Source: a virus. From it: 64,000 bases of DNA. The notes below the pieces were generated by a model, which was not told the DNA's origin, searched no databases, and worked only from the letters and a program-made list of their open reading frames with translations. Where the stretch lies: IMG/VR virus record IMGVR_UViG_3300028588_000016, positions 1 to 64,000 of that record. One strand, written 5' to 3'. Shown here one piece after another: positions 38,903-47,852 of the stretch. A program made the position numbers and the translations under genes. The number at the start of each line of letters is the position of its first letter. Position 1 is the first letter of the stretch.

Positions 38903-39126
38903 TGGGAAAAGGAGCAGAAATCTTTTTAAGCGGAGTGTTCGATGCAATATTGAACAAACGCGAATATGCCTTTGAAGACTTATATAGGGCTAAATACGGA
39001 GTATACCCTTCGTATGAATTAAACAAACAATTTAAAGCTATTGTTGAAGAAATGCCAAGACCTTCAGACGATACTTCTTACGAATCTAGTTACGTATCTG
39101 AAGACACTTCTTATAGTTACCAATAA
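38902..39126 (+). CDS. hypothetical protein with SYESSY tail
   Basis: TAATG coupling. Confidence 0.6.
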   Translation: MGKGAEIFLSGVFDAILNKREYAFEDLYRAKYGVYPSYELNKQFKAIVEEMPRPSDDTSYESSYVSEDTSYSYQ

Positions 39127-39581
39127 TGACTAATAAAGAATTTATAGAGAAAGTAACAGCTTTATTCGATCCAGCGGACATGTTTGAACAAGACAGTTTT
39201 GTGGATAGTTACAATAATAGCAAAGAAGTACTTACAGAAATAGAGGAGCTTGAAATAATGGAAATTCGTAAAGAATTTACAAAATGGGGAACTCCAGAAC
39301 GTCAAGCTCAAGTAGCGAGAATAAGAGAAATAGAAAACGTAGCTTTAACGAGAGTTTGTGGTGAACTAGGTGCTCCTGTTACAGTTCACGAAGAAGGTGG
39401 AGGAGAAGGAGAAGGAGAACATGTTGAACTTGTTATTCATTTTCCTCTAATTGATCGTTATGCTTTAGCTCATGCATCTTATTATTCTCATCACGGTATT
39501 GACTATTGGCAAGAATGGCAAGAATGCAAACCACAAGAAGTTACTATAACACAATATGTTACAATTACCGATAAAAAATAA
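39126..39581 (+). CDS. small phage protein, paralog of 40406..40879
   Basis: LG.P..V, FPL.D, W...KP..VT..Y shared with the paralog. Confidence 0.7.
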   Translation: MTNKEFIEKVTALFDPADMFEQDSFVDSYNNSKEVLTEIEELEIMEIRKEFTKWGTPERQAQVARIREIENVALTRVCGELGAPVTVHEEGGGEGEGEHVELVIHFPLIDRYALAHASYYSHHGIDYWQEWQECKPQEVTITQYVTITDKK

Positions 39582-40413
39582 TAAATATCTACTAGTTGGG
39601 TCTTATGCTATGTGCATGAGACCTTCTAGAGATATTGACGTGATTTGCTATGAAGCTGATCTTGAATGCGAGTATAAACGTTTAGACGAATATACTGGTG
39701 TTTTTCATTTAAATGGTGTACAAGTTGAATGTTTATTTGCCGATAAACAAGAAAGCTTAGCTTATGCTTTAGCTCATGAAAGAGGAGTTGCAAGTACTAA
39801 TCTTTTATATGCTTTAAAAGCAGGACACATACACTATCCTAGTAAAGGATGGGAGAAGCATATCTTAGATTATCATATCTTACGAGGACTTTTAGAGAAG
39901 TGGGAAAAGATAGGTAGAATGAGTCTTGATGCTTTCATCAAATTACATAAGAAGTCCACTGCTGAAAGGTTAGGTAAACAAAGACTTCCTAAACTTAAGA
40001 ACGTAACTAAAGAACAATTCTTTGATGATTTTGTTGAGAAACATTATGATCATGATGATATCCATCAATGGTTTGCTCATAAAGAGAAACCTATGTATTC
40101 TTATATGCAACCTGATCCTAGTAAAGTAGACTGTTCCAAAGAAATGTGGGAAGACTTTGACTACTGGGACAAGGTTAAATGCGTACAAGAAGAATGTTAC
40201 GTAATTGCATCTGAAAGACACTTGATTCCACAAGCAAAAGGGAAAGTTAGTCGTATGGATAGCGAGGGTGCTTTTAAGTGGGCACTGATGCGCGTCTGTA
40301 CTACTTTGTGTAGCGGTTGGTTTAGAGATTTTGCGGTAGAGAACTACTTCACCATTCTTAATAACCGTAATCGTAATTATCCACAAATCTTAAACCAACA
40401 TATCAATGCATGA
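39556..40413 (+). CDS. nucleotidyltransferase-like phage protein (DUF7275-like)
   Basis: LVGS..RDID, LKAGHI, HYDHDDIH, LCSGWFR.FA. Confidence 0.65.
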   Translation: MLQLPIKNNKYLLVGSYAMCMRPSRDIDVICYEADLECEYKRLDEYTGVFHLNGVQVECLFADKQESLAYALAHERGVASTNLLYALKAGHIHYPSKGWEKHILDYHILRGLLEKWEKIGRMSLDAFIKLHKKSTAERLGKQRLPKLKNVTKEQFFDDFVEKHYDHDDIHQWFAHKEKPMYSYMQPDPSKVDCSKEMWEDFDYWDKVKCVQEECYVIASERHLIPQAKGKVSRMDSEGAFKWALMRVCTTLCSGWFRDFAVENYFTILNNRNRNYPQILNQHINA

Positions 40414-40879
40414 GTTAGAATTTTTAAATAGGTTGGAAGACATTGCATTCGATATGTTCATGCTAGCATGTGAAGATTGCTTAGACGTTTTAAGCTATAA
40501 AAACAAGGAAGCATGCGATTTATTCAGTAAAGAAATAAAAGCATATACTGCAGACGAGTCTTTTGATAAAATAATTGATCGTTGTCTAGAGTTAGAACTA
40601 GGAGATCTAGGTGTTCCAAAGATTGTTTACAGTTTTGAAAGTGAGAATCACGGAGTAGCTGAAATTGTATTATTCTTTCCTTTACATGATTACCATGTAC
40701 GAAGTAAAGGTCACGTCAATCTTAAAAGTAATAATAACTATGAATGCGCTTACGTATGGACTGATTGGGAACTAGTGAAACCTGTAAAAGTTACTAAAAT
40801 AGAATACTTAGCAGCAAGTGAAATAAAGCCTGCAGATAAACGTTCTAAGTTTTACGACTTTGAAGAGGACATGATGTGA
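40406..40879 (+). CDS. small phage protein, paralog of 39126..39581
   Basis: LGVPKIV, FPLHD, WELVKPVKVTKIEY. Confidence 0.65.
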   Translation: MHELEFLNRLEDIAFDMFMLACEDCLDVLSYKNKEACDLFSKEIKAYTADESFDKIIDRCLELELGDLGVPKIVYSFESENHGVAEIVLFFPLHDYHVRSKGHVNLKSNNNYECAYVWTDWELVKPVKVTKIEYLAASEIKPADKRSKFYDFEEDMM

Positions 40880-41733
40880 TAAAATTAGTAACAAGAAAGA
40901 CGTTTGCTATCAGAGAATCTGGCAGATCTACAGACTTTATATCTCCATCTTTTGGCTTTGGTTGTTTGTATGATTGTACTTATTGTTACATGAAAAGACA
41001 TAGACCGGATAAATCTGTAGATATAGCTAAGAATACTGGCGATATTCTTACTGCTATAAACGATCATGCTACATGGTTACCTAAACGTGAACCTAATCAA
41101 ACTGATCCTACTTATTACACTTACGATATTAGTTGTAATGAAGACTTTGCACTTCATGCAAAACATCATAATTGGAAACGTATATTTCAGTTCTTTATGG
41201 ATAACGATAGAATTAAGGGTTCATTTGCTACTAAGTATGTGAACCCTAATCTATTAGAGTTTGATCCTAAAGAAAAGATAAGGATCAGATTTAGTCTAAT
41301 GCCACAAGTAATTGCAGACAAATTAGAACCTAATACTTCTAAGATTATTGATAGAATAAAAGCTATTGATGATTTCATAGAAGCAGGTTATGAGGTACAC
41401 ATCAACTTCTCCCCGATTGTAGTATATGAAGATTGGCTTAAAGACTATGCCGATCTATTTCGTTTAGTAAGTGAAAACGTAATATACAAGGATGAAGTAC
41501 TATGTGAGTGTATCTTTTTAACTCATAATGCGTCAAAGCATATTGCTAACTTAGAAAGTGGCAAACAAGGTGAGAACCTACTTTGGACTCCTAGTATACA
41601 GGAGAACAAGACAAGTCAGTACGGTGGTAATAATATCCGATACAAGCATGAATTGAAGTCTAAATATATAACACAATTCAGAGAGCTACATGATGAAATT
41701 ATACCGTGGAACACAATACGTTATATATTTTAA
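40876..41733 (+). CDS. splB: spore photoproduct lyase-family radical SAM protein
   Basis: GCLYDCTYCY (CxxxCxxC), DISCNED (SplB second Cys region), FATK, RIRFSLMP, GYEVHINFSPI. Confidence 0.8.
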   Translation: MIKLVTRKTFAIRESGRSTDFISPSFGFGCLYDCTYCYMKRHRPDKSVDIAKNTGDILTAINDHATWLPKREPNQTDPTYYTYDISCNEDFALHAKHHNWKRIFQFFMDNDRIKGSFATKYVNPNLLEFDPKEKIRIRFSLMPQVIADKLEPNTSKIIDRIKAIDDFIEAGYEVHINFSPIVVYEDWLKDYADLFRLVSENVIYKDEVLCECIFLTHNASKHIANLESGKQGENLLWTPSIQENKTSQYGGNNIRYKHELKSKYITQFRELHDEIIPWNTIRYIF

Positions 41734-41748
41734 CAACCAAGCAAACGA

Positions 41749-43401
41749 ATGATATCAGCAATGGTTCAAACAGATGGTTACAAACTAGACCATCGTAGGC
41801 AGATGCCTAAGGAAATTATATTCCAACTTAACAACGCTACTCCTCGTAATACAAGGAGAAAAGGAGTTAAGAACATAGTTTGGATAGGAACTCAATATTT
41901 AATTAAAAAGTATCTCATTAGAAACTTTAATGATACTTTCTTCAATGTTGCTAAACCAATTGCGGTTGCAAACTTTAGAAGAGTATTGGATTCTTATCTT
42001 CCTGGTAATACAATCGGTACTAAACACATCGAAGATTTACATGATTTAGGTTATTTACCTATTGAAGTAAGAGCTTTACCAGAGGGAGAATTAATACCTT
42101 ACGGTGTACCTCCTATTACTTATTTCAATACAAATGAGAAATTTGTATGGTTAGTGGGTTACTTAGAAACTTTAATCTCATGTGTCTTATGGCAACCATC
42201 TACGTCTGCAACTACAGCGTATGAGTTCCGTAAGATGTTAACTAAATGGGCTATTAAAACTACAGGTAACGCAAACGGAGTTAAGTACCAAGGTCATGAT
42301 TTCTCTATGAGAGGTATGCCAGGTCCAGAAGCAGCAATGACTAGTGGATTTGGTCATGCAACTTCTTTTATCGGTAGTGACACAGTACCTGTAATATCTT
42401 TTGCCGAAGATTTTTACAACGCTAATGCAGAAAGAGAAGTAATTATTCAATCTGTAGCTGCAACTGAACACTCTGTAATGTGTTTAAACATTGGTTTGTT
42501 TATCTTCAATAAGTACGAAGGTAATTGGGAACGTGTAGGTGATGCAGAGTTTGATACATTTAAACGTATTATTTTAGAGGTTTACCCTAAAGGAATCGTT
42601 TCTATTGTATCTGATACTTTCAGTTTATGGCGTGTATTAGAAGAGTTCTTACCTCAACTAAAAGAAGAGATTCTTGCTCGTGAGGGAACTATTGTAATTC
42701 GTCCTGACAGCGGTGATCCTGTCTTAATCTTAACAGGTTATGTTGAAAGTAAAGATCTTGATCATACTAATTGGTTTCAGCTTAAAGATGGGGAATTTTA
42801 TAAAGACGCTTTAGCAGCTGATTATCTAATTAAGAATAAGTTGATAAGCAGCACTACTTATACAGAAACTATAGGAGTCGTTGAATCATTATGGAACACA
42901 TTTGGAGGATCAATCAGTGAACAAGGTTACAAATTACTTAATCCTAAAATTGGTACTATCTATGGTGATGGTATTACTTATGAACGCGGTAACGCTATAT
43001 GTGATCGTCTGCATCGTAAAGGTTTTGCGTCTACTAATTGGGTTGCCGGTTTAGGTTCATTCACTTATCAGTACACAACACGTGATACTGATGGATGGGC
43101 TATTAAAGCGACTTACGGTGAAGCAAGACTAGAAGATGGTACTATCATGGAGATACCTGTATTCAAAGATCCTATTACTGGTGACGGTAGTAAGAAATCT
43201 GCTAAAGGTAGACCTTCCGTATTTAGAGCACCAGAAGGTCCTTATTACCTTAAAGACCAGTGTACATTAGAAGAATGGGAAGCATCTTTACATGAACCGG
43301 TATTCAGAAATGGAAAGATTCTAAAAGAGACTTCTCTATCTGTTATTAGATCTATAGTCGATCAAAACTTAGAAAAGGAATTAGCATGTCAGGAATCCTA
43401 A
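41749..43401 (+). CDS. nicotinamide phosphoribosyltransferase-family enzyme (NAMPT or Namat)
   Basis: TDGYKLDH, DFSMRG, GSDT, ATEHSVM, SIVSDT, IRPDSGDP, IYGDGI, GLGS. Confidence 0.93.
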   Translation: MISAMVQTDGYKLDHRRQMPKEIIFQLNNATPRNTRRKGVKNIVWIGTQYLIKKYLIRNFNDTFFNVAKPIAVANFRRVLDSYLPGNTIGTKHIEDLHDLGYLPIEVRALPEGELIPYGVPPITYFNTNEKFVWLVGYLETLISCVLWQPSTSATTAYEFRKMLTKWAIKTTGNANGVKYQGHDFSMRGMPGPEAAMTSGFGHATSFIGSDTVPVISFAEDFYNANAEREVIIQSVAATEHSVMCLNIGLFIFNKYEGNWERVGDAEFDTFKRIILEVYPKGIVSIVSDTFSLWRVLEEFLPQLKEEILAREGTIVIRPDSGDPVLILTGYVESKDLDHTNWFQLKDGEFYKDALAADYLIKNKLISSTTYTETIGVVESLWNTFGGSISEQGYKLLNPKIGTIYGDGITYERGNAICDRLHRKGFASTNWVAGLGSFTYQYTTRDTDGWAIKATYGEARLEDGTIMEIPVFKDPITGDGSKKSAKGRPSVFRAPEGPYYLKDQCTLEEWEASLHEPVFRNGKILKETSLSVIRSIVDQNLEKELACQES

Positions 43402-43490
43402 TAATAGCTTTTATTATTTTAGTAATAGGGTTAACAGGAAACGAACGTAAGTATCCTCGTTGGATTGATCATAACGATTATCCATATTAA
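43386..43490 (+). CDS. 34-aa single-TM peptide (not in ORF track)
   Basis: MSGILIIAFIILVIGLTG...; overlaps the end of NAMPT. Confidence 0.6.
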   Translation: MSGILIIAFIILVIGLTGNERKYPRWIDHNDYPY

Positions 43491-43492
43491 TT

Positions 43493-43591
43493 ATGAGTAT
43501 TTTATTAGTAGCGTTTGTAATCCTAATCCTTTGGGAGATTATTGAGAACAACAATGACAATACGCCACCGGGATTCGGAGCGTTAGCTTAA
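43493..43591 (+). CDS. 32-aa single-TM peptide (not in ORF track)
   Basis: MSILLVAFVILILWEII...; starts 2 nt after the previous stop. Confidence 0.6.
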   Translation: MSILLVAFVILILWEIIENNNDNTPPGFGALA

Positions 43592-43596
43592 TAAAC

Positions 43597-43690
43597 AGTC
43601 GAAAAAGGGTTAACAGTAGACTATAAATGCCACCCAGTAACCCCGAAACACCCAAAGCCGAAAGGTGAGTACGCTGTTAGGTGGCTTTTT
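43597..43690 (+). ncRNA. candidate structured RNA or attenuator (pseudoknot plus terminator-like stem)
   Basis: GC-rich intergenic tract with pairings AGTC/GACT, GGGTTA/TAACCC, TAACAG/CTGTTA, GCC-GAAA-GGT and GCCACC/GGTGGC followed by TTTTT. Confidence 0.45.
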
Positions 43691-43696
43691 AAACAT

Positions 43697-44056
43697 ATGC
43701 AAAAGTATCTAGTAACTAAAACTGAATACTATTACGATGGACACGGAGAAGCGGGAGAAGGTATGACTAAAAAGTTTATATCTGAATCTCCTATCTTCGA
43801 TATTATACCTAACGGATCTGAATTTTTCGGTTCGTATTGTGATATAGAAGACCTTACCGCTAAGAATCTAATAGAATATAAGATAGATAAAGATACGTAT
43901 ATGGAAATGGATGGTTACATTGAAGATTCAACAGATGCGAGTCTGTATGCTCAAGATGGTTACCATACTACTTCTACAACGTATACTTTCGAAAAAGTTG
44001 AAGATAATGCAGTCGTCACTCTATTGAACATAATAGAAGCGTATGAAGCAATCTAA
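43697..44056 (+). CDS. acidic hypothetical protein
   Basis: ORF track entry. Confidence 0.7.
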   Translation: MQKYLVTKTEYYYDGHGEAGEGMTKKFISESPIFDIIPNGSEFFGSYCDIEDLTAKNLIEYKIDKDTYMEMDGYIEDSTDASLYAQDGYHTTSTTYTFEKVEDNAVVTLLNIIEAYEAI

Positions 44057-44459
44057 GTTAAAGGAGAAAGTGAATGAAGTATATTTGCCGATGTACGGTC
44101 ATTCAATTTATACAGTTATCAGTACTGATCTTATTAAGTCTCGTAAGAAACGATATAAGATTCTAGGTCACGATAACGACTTAGACGGTTACACAGGCTT
44201 GTTTTCTAGCAACGGTGGTCACGATGGTTTTATATTCTTAGGACCTGACGCTGATGCAGAAGTCATAGCTCACGAAGCTTTCCATGCTGTTTGTTACATA
44301 ATGAACCATATTGGTACAATATTATGTGATGAATCTGAGGAATGTTTTGCATATCCGTTAGGTTACCTTGTTGGTAGCATAACTAAATTTATTAAATCAA
44401 ACAAGAAATACTTTAAAGATCATGCTAAATCTAAATCTAGCGTATCCAAGCAGAAGTGA
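44043..44459 (+). CDS. small HExxH zincin-like protein
   Basis: AHEAFH followed by EECFAY. Confidence 0.65.
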   Translation: MKQSKLKEKVNEVYLPMYGHSIYTVISTDLIKSRKKRYKILGHDNDLDGYTGLFSSNGGHDGFIFLGPDADAEVIAHEAFHAVCYIMNHIGTILCDESEECFAYPLGYLVGSITKFIKSNKKYFKDHAKSKSSVSKQK

Positions 44460-45249
44460 TATAAAGTTCACTATTAAGACCTATACTGATAAGACACAAG
44501 ATCTTATGTTACAACCTGGTTTCGACGTAGATCAACCTGTAACTATTAAGAGCTATATGCATGGTATGGAAGACTTGGGTTTAATTGTTTGTGCCGCTAA
44601 GGCATTAAAACGATTGAAAGTGAAAAACGTATCGTTATTCGCTCCTTACATTATGGGAGGTAGAGCTGATAGACAATTTGTTGAAGGAGGTACTAGTTAC
44701 CTCGTAGACGTAGTTGCACCTATTATCAATAGTCTAAATTTCGATGAAGTGATTACTATTGATCCACACTCAACTGTTACCGAAGCTGTTATTAATAATA
44801 TAGTAGTACAAACATGTCACGAAATGATTGTGACGTGTATTCACGAAGGTCCTGATGATGTACAACATGTTATCATTTCACCAGATGCAGGAGCAATGAA
44901 GAAATGCTACGCTATTGGCGAGAAATTAGGGTTACCTGTATATTGTGGTACTAAGTATCGTAATGTAGTTACAAATGAAATCTCTAATAGTAATATCGTA
45001 ATTCCAGAATATAATGGAGCTAGAGACTTTATTATTGTTGATGATATTTGTGATGGAGGTAGAACTTTCTTAGATTTAGCCGCAGCTATCAGACCTCAAA
45101 TGAAAGCTGGTGATGAATTATCTTTAGTAGTAACTCACGGTCTTTTCTCTTACGGTACTGAGAAGTTAGTAAAAGAATTCAGTGGAGTGTATTGTACTAA
45201 TTCAGTAAACTCAGAGAAAGAGGACGTTAACGTAACAGACATATTTTAA
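44422..45249 (+). CDS. ribose-phosphate pyrophosphokinase-family enzyme (Prs or Adps)
   Basis: PYIMGGRADR, DPHS, SPDAGA.KK, IVDDICDGGRTF, VTHGLFS. Confidence 0.92.
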   Translation: MLNLNLAYPSRSDIKFTIKTYTDKTQDLMLQPGFDVDQPVTIKSYMHGMEDLGLIVCAAKALKRLKVKNVSLFAPYIMGGRADRQFVEGGTSYLVDVVAPIINSLNFDEVITIDPHSTVTEAVINNIVVQTCHEMIVTCIHEGPDDVQHVIISPDAGAMKKCYAIGEKLGLPVYCGTKYRNVVTNEISNSNIVIPEYNGARDFIIVDDICDGGRTFLDLAAAIRPQMKAGDELSLVVTHGLFSYGTEKLVKEFSGVYCTNSVNSEKEDVNVTDIF

Positions 45250-45437
45250 TGATATTATTACACGTAGAAATACAAAACGAGGGACAAAGGAAACGTAGAG
45301 TTACTTTGAATCCCAATCACATATCCAGCTTTGTGGAACACGTAAGTGAGCCTAACAAAACGGTAATCGAAATGAGCAATCAGAGTAAATATACTGTTCT
45401 AGCTACATATGAATCAATTAAGAAAGCTTTAGCTTAA
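45249..45437 (+). CDS. small hypothetical protein
   Basis: TAATG coupling; LNPNHISSF motif. Confidence 0.6.
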   Translation: MILLHVEIQNEGQRKRRVTLNPNHISSFVEHVSEPNKTVIEMSNQSKYTVLATYESIKKALA

Positions 45438-45444
45438 TTGACAT

Positions 45445-45482
45445 AGATCTGATTTTTATTACGATTAAATTTCGTATATTTG
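45445..45482 (+). promoter_or_regulatory. putative promoter: AGATCY motif plus -7 element
   Basis: AGATCTGATTTTTAT at 45445; CGTATATTTG at 45473-45482. Confidence 0.6.
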
Positions 45483-45486
45483 TAGA

Positions 45487-46695
45487 ATGATCGGAACTTA
45501 TTATTTATACAGCAGAGACAACAAGAAAAAAGTAAGAGTACTTGTAATTGATGTTGAGCAAGAAGGTGACTCTTACCTTATTAAAAAGAGAACCGGATTA
45601 CTAACCGGAAAATTGACTGAACAGCCTGATGTTGTAATTGACAAAGGAAAAGCAAAAAGAACCATTGAACAACAAGTGGAACTTCAACTTAATTCAGAAA
45701 TTAAAAAGAAGTTAGACAAAGGTTATATTCGATTAGAGAGCCTCGTAGACAGCGAAGTAATTGATAAGATTGATCCTATGGATCATGAGGTGATTGATAC
45801 TATTCTTTCTGAACAAAAGAAAGACGCTAACGGTGAATCTCAACCAATGTCAGCTCAAGATGCTAATAAAAGGAAGAAGGATGGTACTTTAGTAAAACCT
45901 CAATCTTTTTTCGAAAGAGCGTGGTGGGCATCTAATAAAATTGATGGTGTTCGTGCAAAAGGTACATTGAAAGTTGATGAAGAAGGTAATGATTATGTTA
46001 GCTTCTTAAGTAGAACTGGTAAACCTTATGTTGCTGCCGTTCGTAACTTTGATCGCGATCCAGAATTAATACAATTCATGAAAGACAATGAGTGTGAAGT
46101 TGATGGAGAAATTTATTGTCACGGTCATCATTTAAATGAATTGAGTGGTGATGCTCGTAAACAGACTTATGTTCCTGAGCGTCACGACAAATTAGAATTC
46201 TGGATGTTTGATATAGCCAAGGATGATATGGACGCTACTGCTCGTGTGAAAATCATTAATGAATTAGAGTTTAAAAACCCTAAGATTAAAGTGGTTAGAC
46301 ACGTTCATGCTATCGGTTGGGATCAACTTATGGAGTTCCATAATATCGCTATTGGAAACGGATTTGAAGGATTGATGGCAAGAACTACTACAGGTATGTA
46401 TGAGTTCGGTAAACGCTCTAATGAGTTGTGGAAAATCAAAGTCTTCGAAGATGCTGAATTTAAGATATTGGACATCATAGAAAAGAAACGTCCAGAGGAT
46501 ATGTGTTTCTTAATGGAAATGGAAAATGGTGATACATTTGAGTGCGATATTATCGGTGGTAATGACGTTGTCAATGGCTATCGCGATGATTTCGATAACA
46601 TCAGAGGTAAAATGGGAACCGTTAAGTTCTTCGGCTATACTTCTTACGGCATTCCTAATATCGCTAAGTTTAAGTGTGTGAGAGAAGATGAGTAA
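45487..46695 (+). CDS. ATP-dependent DNA ligase
   Basis: KIDGVR (motif I), DGEIY, FDI, EGLM, KIK; N-terminal extension. Confidence 0.9.
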   Translation: MIGTYYLYSRDNKKKVRVLVIDVEQEGDSYLIKKRTGLLTGKLTEQPDVVIDKGKAKRTIEQQVELQLNSEIKKKLDKGYIRLESLVDSEVIDKIDPMDHEVIDTILSEQKKDANGESQPMSAQDANKRKKDGTLVKPQSFFERAWWASNKIDGVRAKGTLKVDEEGNDYVSFLSRTGKPYVAAVRNFDRDPELIQFMKDNECEVDGEIYCHGHHLNELSGDARKQTYVPERHDKLEFWMFDIAKDDMDATARVKIINELEFKNPKIKVVRHVHAIGWDQLMEFHNIAIGNGFEGLMARTTTGMYEFGKRSNELWKIKVFEDAEFKILDIIEKKRPEDMCFLMEMENGDTFECDIIGGNDVVNGYRDDFDNIRGKMGTVKFFGYTSYGIPNIAKFKCVREDE

Positions 46696-46870
46696 TCCTT
46701 TTAATTTAAGCGATGAACAATTGTCCTCTTATCGTGAACAAGGCATTATCTTACTTGACGATAATGATGTAACAGGTGATTTCGTAGATATATCTACGTT
46801 GCCTGGTTACGGTTCTAAACCTGCAGCAGAAGTGTTACAAGACTACATTAATTCTAAGAAAAATGAGTAA
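46688..46870 (+). CDS. hypothetical protein
   Basis: Tiles with neighbours. Confidence 0.55.
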   Translation: MSNPFNLSDEQLSSYREQGIILLDDNDVTGDFVDISTLPGYGSKPAAEVLQDYINSKKNE

Positions 46871-47153
46871 ATTAGAACGTAGGAGACTTAACCTTAACGA
46901 TGTAGAAAGTTTTACTCGTGAAGATATTGTTAATCTTTACGAAGGTGATTACTGTAAGAAAACTATGTTAAACGAGGTAGACGTAGATTACAGTCATGAA
47001 GACAGTGATGATCATGTATTTGAAGTAGGTAACAGCGGTATTTTTTATAGAGGTAGCGTATATTACAACGTGAAACACACTAACGATACTGTTTATGACG
47101 AAGAACTAGTTGAAGTCTTTCCTCGCGAAAAATGCATAATTGTATATGAGTAA
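46863..47153 (+). CDS. small acidic phage protein
   Basis: C-terminal EVFPREK..VYE, distantly like 39126..39581. Confidence 0.6.
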   Translation: MSKLERRRLNLNDVESFTREDIVNLYEGDYCKKTMLNEVDVDYSHEDSDDHVFEVGNSGIFYRGSVYYNVKHTNDTVYDEELVEVFPREKCIIVYE

Positions 47154-47340
47154 CACTATCGAACAAGACCTTTATAAACAAGCTATGTACAGAACAATGC
47201 TTGAATACAGATGTGATTTACTTGAAATTAAAGTACGATACGCTATTGATCAAAGAGGAATTGCCGTTCCTTTTGATCATGTAGTAACAGGTAAGTATTG
47301 TACTACAAACAAATTACCATATGAGTCAATTAACAATTGA
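47140..47340 (+). CDS. hypothetical protein
   Basis: Tiles with neighbours. Confidence 0.5.
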   Translation: MYMSNTIEQDLYKQAMYRTMLEYRCDLLEIKVRYAIDQRGIAVPFDHVVTGKYCTTNKLPYESINN

Positions 47341-47554
47341 ATCTAACGACAAATTATTAATCAATGCGCTAACCATGTGGTTTGAAGACGGAGACGCCTT
47401 AGAAGCTTTCTCAGAAAGTGGAGCAAATAAAGCTTACGTAGGTGCTTGTGAGATGAAAGATAGAGAACCTTTAGACGTTTGTGAAATCTACTGTGGTGCA
47501 AATTATGATGAAAGTTCATACTCTACTTTCAATACTATTGACTTAGATGCTTAA
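47321..47554 (+). CDS. hypothetical protein
   Basis: Tiles with neighbours. Confidence 0.55.
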   Translation: MSQLTIESNDKLLINALTMWFEDGDALEAFSESGANKAYVGACEMKDREPLDVCEIYCGANYDESSYSTFNTIDLDA

Positions 47555-47852
47555 CGAATACGAAGTATCTAAATACAAACAACAATTTAATAAGAACGCT
47601 TTAGAAGGCGTTCTTATGGTTGTTGATGGTATTGTAGAACAGGTGAATATTCCGTTTATAGGTTATTATAATTTACATCTATTATTAGAAGACCATTTCA
47701 AACACGACTATGAAGGTGACGAAGCATTTGGTGACACTAACGGTTGGGAATTAGATTATTGGTATAATTGTAAAATCAAAGGAAAGGCTTATCTTAGTTA
47801 TGGAAGCTTACTACGAGGTACTTTATCTTTTGGATTAAATAATGAACAATGA
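47547..47852 (+). CDS. hypothetical protein
   Basis: DTNGWELDYW motif; tiles with neighbours. Confidence 0.6.
   Translation: MLNEYEVSKYKQQFNKNALEGVLMVVDGIVEQVNIPFIGYYNLHLLLEDHFKHDYEGDEAFGDTNGWELDYWYNCKIKGKAYLSYGSLLRGTLSFGLNNEQ

Noticed and set aside
43597-43690. Assignment as hammerhead, HDV-like theta, twister or a known riboswitch
   Set aside because: CGAAAC is present but CUGANGA is not; the P1.1 GG and short L3 of HDV-like ribozymes are missing; no known aptamer consensus was matched. Kept only as an unassigned candidate.
12940-46695. Introns or inteins in PolB, helicases, RNR or ligase
   Set aside because: Motifs are collinear at normal spacing with no inserted HINT or homing-endonuclease segment.
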